A program made the position numbers and the translations under genes. A stretch of 64,000 bases of DNA from positions 320,001 through 384,000 of the forward strand of contig CBDDIJ010000003.1 of the NCBI GenBank assembly GCA_965228855.1. Direction: 5' to 3'. The DNA comes from Candidatus Obscuribacterales bacterium (GTDB lineage Bacteria > Cyanobacteriota > Vampirovibrionia > Obscuribacterales > Obscuribacteraceae). Shown here one piece after another: positions 57,399-64,000 of the stretch; the stretch's first letter is position 1, and the number at the start of each line of letters is the position of its first letter. The notes under the pieces were generated by a model. The model had not been told where the DNA came from. It saw nothing but the letters and a program-made list of their open reading frames with translations, and made no database searches.

Positions 57399-58097
57399 AT
57401 GATGCCAAAAAATTCCATAACAACTAGTCAATTGCTTGCCGAAGGTCTATCGGAGGTTCTAAAAGAACGCCGGCTCGAGCTGGGCTTTTCTCAAGCCGAG
57501 CTTAGTTCGAAGACCGGTCTCCACCGCACTTACATCAGTGAATTGGAACGAGGTCATCAAAACTTGACCATAGAAACACTGGTCAAACTCGCAGAGGAAC
57601 TTGAGACTTCTGTTCTACTTTTGATTGAGGACGCCAGTCGGGCTGTGCGCCTCTCGTCTAACCCTATGCGTATTTTACTGGCGGAGGATAGTTCTGCAGA
57701 TGTCCACATGATTGACCGCTCACTGAAGGCCGCGACGATCCCAGCGGAGCTGACTGTTGTGGCAGACGGGCGTGAAGCGCTGGACTATTTGAGGAACGCC
57801 GACAGCCGGAGCCAACTACCTGATTTGATATTTCTCGAACTTCATTTGCCTCGAAAAAACGGTTATGAAGTCTTGCGCGAAATCAAGGCTGATGAGCGGT
57901 TGAAACTCATCCCGGTCGTTGTGCTGACGAATTCGAAAAGCGCTGTAGACGTATCTAAAAGCTATGAGTTGCACGCAAACAGCTTTATCACCAAGCCGTC
58001 CAGTCATAAGAATTTTCAGAAAGCAATCAATCAAGTGCTGGAATATTGGTTTGCCATCGTGAGTTTGCCCAGCCCGAAATCTTCTTCGAAAGGATAG
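57399..58097 (+). CDS. XRE-family HTH fused to Rcp1-like receiver domain (phosphoacceptor Asp replaced by Glu)
   Basis: RRLELGFSQAELS...GLHRTYISELERG..NLTI; ILLAEDS...PDLIFLELHLPRKNG...VVLTNS...ANSFITKP. Confidence 0.9.
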   Translation: MMPKNSITTSQLLAEGLSEVLKERRLELGFSQAELSSKTGLHRTYISELERGHQNLTIETLVKLAEELETSVLLLIEDASRAVRLSSNPMRILLAEDSSADVHMIDRSLKAATIPAELTVVADGREALDYLRNADSRSQLPDLIFLELHLPRKNGYEVLREIKADERLKLIPVVVLTNSKSAVDVSKSYELHANSFITKPSSHKNFQKAINQVLEYWFAIVSLPSPKSSSKG

Positions 58098-58361
58098 ATG
58101 CCCGCGAATCAATTTTGCGCACCGAATCTGGTGCCAGATCTAGCGGGTTTTCGATTACTTGAAGTGGACACTTCAAACTGATTCGCTTAGAGCTATTCAT
58201 TAGTTATATAAAAAGACGGATGGCGCGATCAGAGCTAATCTCATCAGGCATTTCGACTTAATAGTGCAATATGAAGTTATTATACTGCAAGAAGATGTTC
58301 CTATTTTTCCTAAAGCTGTGGCAGAATTTGCATAAACACGCTTACCTTCCGGAAACCACAA

Positions 58362-58760
58362 ATGAGTGAAATAGAAAACGAGCATCTATGGTGTCCCATC
58401 GATTTCGTAATTCATGTAATTGGTTCGAAGTGGACGATACCAATCATTCGCGACTTGAATACAGGTAAAAAGCGCCCTTCGGAACTGATGAAATCGCTGC
58501 CCGGCATTAGCCCTAAAACCTTGACCCATCGTTTGCGTGAGCTTGAAAAGTGGGGATTGGTAACGCGCCAGGCTTATCAAGAAATTCCACCCCGGGTCGA
58601 TTACGAGCTTTCTGCTCGCGGCCAGGACCTTATGTACGTTATGGAAGCTCTCCGAGATCTAGGAGAAAGTTGGCAGCGACATCTGGATGTAAAAATTCCG
58701 CCCAACGTAAAAGAGCAGTGCAGTCACTGTTTTGAGTATAGACGAGACTGCGATCCCTGA
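58362..58760 (+). CDS. HxlR (MarR/DUF24) transcriptional regulator with C-terminal CxHC
   Basis: WCPI...IGSKWT..I...ISPKTL..RLRELE...YQEIPPRVDYELS..G...QCSHC. Confidence 0.9.
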   Translation: MSEIENEHLWCPIDFVIHVIGSKWTIPIIRDLNTGKKRPSELMKSLPGISPKTLTHRLRELEKWGLVTRQAYQEIPPRVDYELSARGQDLMYVMEALRDLGESWQRHLDVKIPPNVKEQCSHCFEYRRDCDP

Positions 58761-58834
58761 GAAGCCGTGGAACGCTCAAATGGTTCTTCTGAATGAGTTA
58801 GTGATAGATTCATGGCACTGTATATGATGCCACT

Positions 58835-59503
58835 CTAGGCGATCTCGAGTTGAAACCACCGTTCTATAACCTGACGAAGAGCCTGGCTTCCTACCGGCTT
58901 TATCAAGCAATCGTCCATACCGCTATCAAGGCACTTTTCGCGCGTCTTATCCTCGTACCCTGCTGTGAGCGCGACGATCCTCTTTCTCTTTTGTCCATCC
59001 TCGTCGCGTCGAATTGCCATGGTGGCTTCAAAGCCATCCAGGATGGGCAAGCGACAATCCATAAAAATCAGATCGAAATCCTTGGCGACTCGGCAGGCTG
59101 TCTCGCCGTCGGCCACCGCCTCTGCACGGATCCCCAGGTGTGCGAGTTGTTTCATAATCACAAGCTGAAGAAGAGGGTTGTCTTCCACTATCAATACTCG
59201 AATGTCCGCGGGCTTAAGGCTGTTTGCCTTCGGCGCCGAATTTGCCTGGTTGGCGACCAGGTCACGAAGTTCGGTGACTACCTCGGCGAAGCTTTCCGGT
59301 GGAAGTTGAGTATCATCTTGAATCCGATTTTCAATGACGTCGTTGACTAGCCGCAACAACGAGTTTGCCGACTCTTCGATGTTGCGCGTGAAAGCTCGCT
59401 GCTCATCGGAGAGTTCGGTTTGTTTGAGCACATCCGTCATTCCGACGATTGCGATCAATGGTGCTTTGAATTCCTGAAAGAGAGTTTTATTTTCTTTTTT
59501 CAT
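58835..59503 (-). CDS. Response regulator with N-terminal degenerate HisKA (DHp) helix pair, no HATPase
   Basis: FQEFKAPLIAIVGMTDVL..TELS.EQR.F...I..SA.SLL.LVNDV; VLIVEDN...DLIFMDCRLPILDG...VALTA...GMDD.L.KP. Confidence 0.85.
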   Translation of the reverse strand: MKKENKTLFQEFKAPLIAIVGMTDVLKQTELSDEQRAFTRNIEESANSLLRLVNDVIENRIQDDTQLPPESFAEVVTELRDLVANQANSAPKANSLKPADIRVLIVEDNPLLQLVIMKQLAHLGIRAEAVADGETACRVAKDFDLIFMDCRLPILDGFEATMAIRRDEDGQKRKRIVALTAGYEDKTREKCLDSGMDDCLIKPVGSQALRQVIERWFQLEIA

Positions 59504-59563
59504 GGCGAATCTTATAGCATAGTCTTGAGGGTCTAATGTAAACCAGCAGAACCTTGATTCAAG

Positions 59564-61714
59564 CTAGGGCAGCAGAGGTTGCAGTTTTGGAAAAACAGCA
59601 ATGGTGCTGTAATAGCGATCGATATTTTTGAGCAACGCGTGTCTGTTATCTCGTTTTGCTTTGTCCGGGTCGTTTACCATAATGTCTTCGAAGAACTTGT
59701 CTACAACTGGTGCCACAGGCTTCAGCATGTTCAGAACCTGGTCGTATTCCGATTCGGAACCTGGTCTTGCGTAAGTGCCGTTCTTTTCCCACTTCGACTT
59801 GACGTTGTCAGAGAACGCCTTCCAAAGTTCCTTTTCAAGCGGTTCGCTTAATTGTTCTGGGTTCAGAGACTCCGGCGAATCTGCTTTCAAAATGTTTCCG
59901 ATACGAACGCCCGCTTTTACTACGGTCAGACCTTCGGCGGTTGAGACCAGCTTCTCGACACTCTTACAGCGAGCTACCGTGTCGGCCAGGTTTTCCATCG
60001 GATTTCCGGCGGCCAAAACCGAATCGACGATTTCGCGTCTAAAACCTTTCTCGAGAAGTTTACTTCGCAGTCTCTGGGTGAAGAATTCCGAGATCTCGTT
60101 TTTGATTTCCTCGCGGGTCAAAGCCTTTTTCCTTCCGGAAAGCATCGGCTCAAAGGTATCAATGAGTTGCTCGATAATCCAATCTATGTTCACCGCGAAC
60201 TCGGCTAAACCGTCTACGACGATATCGATCACACCCTGAGCATTTCTTCTAAGCGCAAACGGATCGCTGGAGCCGCTAGGTTTTTTGCCGAGAGAGAATA
60301 GTCCGGTTACATGATCGAGTTTATCGAGAACAGCGACGAACATTCCGACTACGTCGTTCGGGATGCTGTCGTCATTCGAACGAGGAGAGTAGTGCGAAGC
60401 GATAGCGTGCACCACTTCCGGTGGCTCCTTCTCCAGCTCCGCATACCAGGCTCCTACGAAGCCCTGGAGCTCAGGCAGCTCGCCGACCAGGTTTGTCACC
60501 AGGTCCAGCTTGCAAAGTTCCATTGTGCGCTCGAGAGGGACTGAAACCTTTGCTTCCAGTTTAAACTGTTTTGAAACGGCCGCAGCTAGTTTCGTTAATC
60601 TCTCGGTTTTATCGAGATAGCTACCCAACCCTTGTTGATATGTCAGCTGCGCAAGCCGGTCTCGACGGGCCGTCAACTTGGTTTTCTGATCGTCGAAGTA
60701 GAAGAATTTGCCGTCAGCTAATCTTGCGCGAAGAACGCGCTCGTTTCCTTGCTTAATTTGATTGGTGGCGCTGGCGGTATCATTGTTAGAAATTGTGATG
60801 AAGTAAGGCAGCAGATTTCCTGATGTCGAACTCGTTGCATTCGGTTTCTCCACCGGAAAGTAGCGCTGGTGATGCACCATTACAGTCTCCAGAAGGGCAT
60901 CCGGCAGACTCAGGTAATCGTCAGAAAACGTTCCTATAACAGCATGCGGCCATTCAGTAATGTGAACCACTTCTCTAAGTAGCGATCCCGATAGTTGGCG
61001 AGCCTTTCCATTTACTGATTTTGCTTTCGCTTCAACTTGAGACTTGATCAAATCCTCGCGTTCTTTGGGTGAAGCAAGTACTTTGGCTTCACGTAACTTC
61101 TCAACGTATTCGTCGACCTTGTTGATTTCGAGCGTGCCGGGCGCAAGAATTCTGTGTCCGTAAGTCTTTCTGCCGGCGTGGATTCCATCTAGCGAGAATG
61201 GGATAACTTCATTGTCGAGAAGTGAAACAATCCAGCGGATCGGGCGAACAAACTTTAGTTCGCAACTTCCCCAGCGCATCAGGCGCTCGCCGGAAATTTC
61301 GTTAATCACTCTTGGTGCGATTTCAGCAATTACCTCGACCGCAGACCGACCTTCGATGGTCAAGTTCGCGTGCAAGTAAACTTCTTTGCCTACTTCCTCT
61401 TTTTCTAATTGCGCGACTGTCAAGCCGTGCTTGGCTGCAAAGCCCTCTGCTTGAGGTGTAGGCGAACCGTCTTCTTTGAAAGCGCTCTTGACGGGCGGTC
61501 CTTTCACTTTTTTATGAGTCGTTTGCTGTTTCGGCTCTAAACCGTCGATGATTATCGTCAGCCGCCGAGGTGTGGAGAGCGTCTCCATGGAACCGAACCC
61601 GAGCTTGGCCTCGCTTAATTCGCGAGTGAAGAATTCTTCGAGTCGCCCTAATGCGTCATCTATTTGATTCGCGGGAAGCTCTTCCGTTCCGATTTCAAGC
61701 AAATATTTCGTCAT
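59564..61714 (-). CDS. glyS: Glycine--tRNA ligase beta subunit
   Basis: LLEIGTEELP, TPRRL, KGPP, MRWG...FVRPIRW, HQRYFP, GNERVLRARLADG.FF, ELPELQG, SSDPFALRR, DALR-like C-terminus. Confidence 0.97.
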   Translation of the reverse strand: MTKYLLEIGTEELPANQIDDALGRLEEFFTRELSEAKLGFGSMETLSTPRRLTIIIDGLEPKQQTTHKKVKGPPVKSAFKEDGSPTPQAEGFAAKHGLTVAQLEKEEVGKEVYLHANLTIEGRSAVEVIAEIAPRVINEISGERLMRWGSCELKFVRPIRWIVSLLDNEVIPFSLDGIHAGRKTYGHRILAPGTLEINKVDEYVEKLREAKVLASPKEREDLIKSQVEAKAKSVNGKARQLSGSLLREVVHITEWPHAVIGTFSDDYLSLPDALLETVMVHHQRYFPVEKPNATSSTSGNLLPYFITISNNDTASATNQIKQGNERVLRARLADGKFFYFDDQKTKLTARRDRLAQLTYQQGLGSYLDKTERLTKLAAAVSKQFKLEAKVSVPLERTMELCKLDLVTNLVGELPELQGFVGAWYAELEKEPPEVVHAIASHYSPRSNDDSIPNDVVGMFVAVLDKLDHVTGLFSLGKKPSGSSDPFALRRNAQGVIDIVVDGLAEFAVNIDWIIEQLIDTFEPMLSGRKKALTREEIKNEISEFFTQRLRSKLLEKGFRREIVDSVLAAGNPMENLADTVARCKSVEKLVSTAEGLTVVKAGVRIGNILKADSPESLNPEQLSEPLEKELWKAFSDNVKSKWEKNGTYARPGSESEYDQVLNMLKPVAPVVDKFFEDIMVNDPDKAKRDNRHALLKNIDRYYSTIAVFPKLQPLLP

Positions 61715-61992
61715 TTATTTCAATCCCAAGTTTCAGGCGCGAGCCCAAGTCGACGGCGGCATCGCCGTGAAGACGACATTATATATCGGGCGCACACCGT
61801 GCGTGCAGGTTAGTAGTCGGATGTAAGGAAGTGCGATGAAATGGCTTGGTTGCTTCGCCACGAAAGATAGATGTTGGATAACCGCTTGACGTTTAAACAT
61901 ACCTATTTCTCTGGCACATTTGGACGAAATCGTTTGATTCGCTTATGATTGACTTTATTACAATCGGTAGGCCCGCAATCTTAGTAACTAAA

Positions 61993-63444
61993 ATGCAAAA
62001 AAGTTCGTTTACTCGTTTACTCGCAACCGCTCTCGTCTCGATTTCTTTCTTAGGCGCATGCGCTTCGAAAAGTTCAGTCGATATCGATGTCCCCGAAGAG
62101 AAAGGTCCGAAGTGGGGTTTTGTTGACCACAGCGGAAAATTTGTCATCAAACCTATTTACCGTCGAGTCAAGAGGTTTACTGAAGGCTTAGCCGGAGCCG
62201 ACCTTCACGCAAGATGGGGTTTCATCGATCGCGAAGGCAAATGGGTAATTGAGCGAAATTACGAAGACGTTCAGCCGTTCTCCGCTGGCTATGCGGGTGT
62301 TCAGCAGGCCGGCAAGTGGTACGTAATCAACAAGAAGGGCAGCATTGTTTGGCCCTCCACACCCACGGTTGCAGAACTCGGCTTCCCTCATGAAGTCGAT
62401 GCCGATGCAGAGGACCATGCCGTCGTCGTTCCTTATCTCGACGACAAGGCGAAGAAATGGGGATTCCATGACATGGGCCCACATGGGAAGGGTGACATTC
62501 CGCCCACATACGACGAGGTCAAGTACTTCAATGATGGTCTGTGTCCCGTCTTCAGTGCGAAGCACGGTAAATGGGGATATATAAACAATACGGGCACGCT
62601 TGTCATCGACTACAAATTTGATACGGCGTCGGCATTTAAAAATCGAGTTGCAGAGTGCACGATGGGTGACGACTTTGTCTGGGTGGACAAGATCGGTACG
62701 ATTGCTGTGAAAAACAAACTCGACTCGATCACGATCTTCCATGATGGACTGGCTTTGCAACAGCGTCATGGCAAGTTCATCTTCATCAAACACAGTGGCG
62801 AACCTGCGTTTCGAAAGAAATTCCGCTATGCGGATAATTTCTCCGAGGGGCTTGCTGTGGTTCAGCCGATGAAAACAGGAAAACGTGGCTTCGTTGATAC
62901 AACCGGAGAAATGGTGATGCCGCCGGTGTTTGACGATGCTCGTGGATTCTCCGAGCAACTTGCCGCTGTTAAGGTCGATCCCGACCGTTTCTTCGCCGAG
63001 TATAACGAGGATCTGTCTCCGAAGAACAAGCCGAAGGAAGAGGACGCTGCCACGCCGGCCAAGTCTGAGGACGGCGCTCCTGCCGAGGGCGAGGCAAAGC
63101 CTGACGACGCAAAAGCCGATGGCGAGACTAAGTCTGACGGTGAAGGTAAATCAGAGGGCGGCGCTAAAACCGACGAGCAGTCAAAGAGCGAAAGCAAGTC
63201 CGACAGCACTGCTTCGTCCGGTGAAAAGTCAGAAGGTAAAACTGAAACCAAAGGCGAGGCAACGTCAGAGGATAAAGTAGAAACCAAGACCGAAACCAAG
63301 ACCGAAACCAAGACCGAAGCGAAGACAAAGACGGAAGCGTCGAGGACTGACTCGGAGAAATCCGTTAAATCCGATGAAAAGCCGGCTGATAAATCTTCGG
63401 ACGCGAAGAAATCGTCCGACAGCAAAGAGTCGAAAACGAAATAA
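61993..63444 (+). CDS. WG-repeat lipoprotein with acidic/charged disordered tail
   Basis: Lipobox FLGA|C; repeated KWGF.D..GK.VI...Y.....F.EGLA.V units. ATG 61993 preferred. Confidence 0.88.
   Translation: MQKSSFTRLLATALVSISFLGACASKSSVDIDVPEEKGPKWGFVDHSGKFVIKPIYRRVKRFTEGLAGADLHARWGFIDREGKWVIERNYEDVQPFSAGYAGVQQAGKWYVINKKGSIVWPSTPTVAELGFPHEVDADAEDHAVVVPYLDDKAKKWGFHDMGPHGKGDIPPTYDEVKYFNDGLCPVFSAKHGKWGYINNTGTLVIDYKFDTASAFKNRVAECTMGDDFVWVDKIGTIAVKNKLDSITIFHDGLALQQRHGKFIFIKHSGEPAFRKKFRYADNFSEGLAVVQPMKTGKRGFVDTTGEMVMPPVFDDARGFSEQLAAVKVDPDRFFAEYNEDLSPKNKPKEEDAATPAKSEDGAPAEGEAKPDDAKADGETKSDGEGKSEGGAKTDEQSKSESKSDSTASSGEKSEGKTETKGEATSEDKVETKTETKTETKTEAKTKTEASRTDSEKSVKSDEKPADKSSDAKKSSDSKESKTK
63280..63315 (+). 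repeat. 12-bp tandem repeat x3 (ETKT)
   Basis: GAAACCAAGACC three times, in frame within the lipoprotein tail. Confidence 0.8.
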
Positions 63445-63469
63445 CATAGCGACCGTCGAGGTACGCGAA

Positions 63470-64000
63470 GTGGAAGGTAACTCCATCGTCATCGTGCTTG
63501 CACTTGTGTTGGTGGTCGTGGTTTGTCTCTTGTTGTTTTCAAGGCGGAAGGTCGATACGGCTGCATTGCAGAGGCAACTCAGCGACGCTCATATCGCGCG
63601 CCAGCGCGGAGACCATGAGCAAGCGGAAATGCTTTATCGTCGCGCCATCGAGACGATAGATTCTGCTTCCGAAAAGGACGAATCCTTGTTGTGCACGGCT
63701 TTGAATGGGCGTGCAGAGTCACTGGAGCGCACCGGTAAACGCCCGGAAGCAGAACAATTGAGAGCTCGAATGGTCTCAATTTTTCAAGATGCGATCGAGA
63801 AGCGACGAGATGATTTTTTGATGGATATCGACTATTTGTGCACAAACGCCGAGTTCGGTTCGTCGACATCAGAGGTCGCCAACTTCTATGAAAAGCTGCT
63901 TGCCTACAGGGAGAAGACAGTGCCACAGACCAGTGATGTTTTTATCAATACGGTGTCAATCTATTCTCGTTTGTTGCGGACATTAGGAGAGAATTCGATG
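63470..64000 (+). CDS. Membrane-anchored TPR protein (runs off the window)
   Basis: Not in the ORF track. GAGGT RBS, GTG 63470: MEGNSIVIVLALVLVVVVCLLLF...GDHEQAEMLYRRAIE...ALNGRAESLERTGKRPEAE; open to 64000. Confidence 0.78.
   Translation, partial: MEGNSIVIVLALVLVVVVCLLLFSRRKVDTAALQRQLSDAHIARQRGDHEQAEMLYRRAIETIDSASEKDESLLCTALNGRAESLERTGKRPEAEQLRARMVSIFQDAIEKRRDDFLMDIDYLCTNAEFGSSTSEVANFYEKLLAYREKTVPQTSDVFINTVSIYSRLLRTLGENSM

Noticed and set aside
61715..61992. T-box riboswitch upstream of glyS
   Set aside because: No GGTGGNACC antiterminator motif or terminator; the region is shared with a divergent gene.
1..64000. tRNA, rRNA, IS elements, integrases, prophage or defence systems
   Set aside because: No cloverleaf/TPsiC signatures, transposase, recombinase, phage structural or nuclease motifs were recognised by eye.

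Overview
Chromosomal window of about 50 protein-coding genes. I found no rRNA, tRNA, CRISPR array, transposase or integrase. Housekeeping anchors are rpoD/sigA, uvrB, tatA, glyS, mlaE-mlaD, rlpA, ligD and mpg. The cyanobacteria-like sigma factor, the absence of photosynthesis genes, the many TPR/WG-repeat proteins and the giant G/T/N/S-rich exoprotein suggest a non-photosynthetic Cyanobacteriota relative (Melainabacteria/Obscuribacterales); this is inference only. Main points of interest: (1) a 1720-aa pseudo-REC/GAF/GGDEF/HD-GYP protein with a ~790-aa Pro/Gln tail holding two tandem-repeat arrays; (2) a 1140-aa YD/RHS-like repeat protein with a candidate papain/calpain-like Cys-His-Asn triad and a closely linked downstream partner gene; (3) a 2568-aa Sec-exported beta-solenoid adhesin with no recognisable outer-membrane export domain and a distinct C-terminal domain that could be an undescribed sorting signal; (4) a degenerate GGDEF gene upstream of a PilV/W/X-like minor-pilin trio; (5) a general-stress region (LigD lacking its polymerase domain, divergent GGAAC-N16/17-CGTC ECF-type promoters, DUF2188, cupin, ROK, two decayed pseudogenes); and (6) several signalling proteins with substituted catalytic residues (REC D-to-E, HisKA H-to-Q, GGDEF to SNDRF). 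Family assignments come from motif recognition by eye, not database searches.
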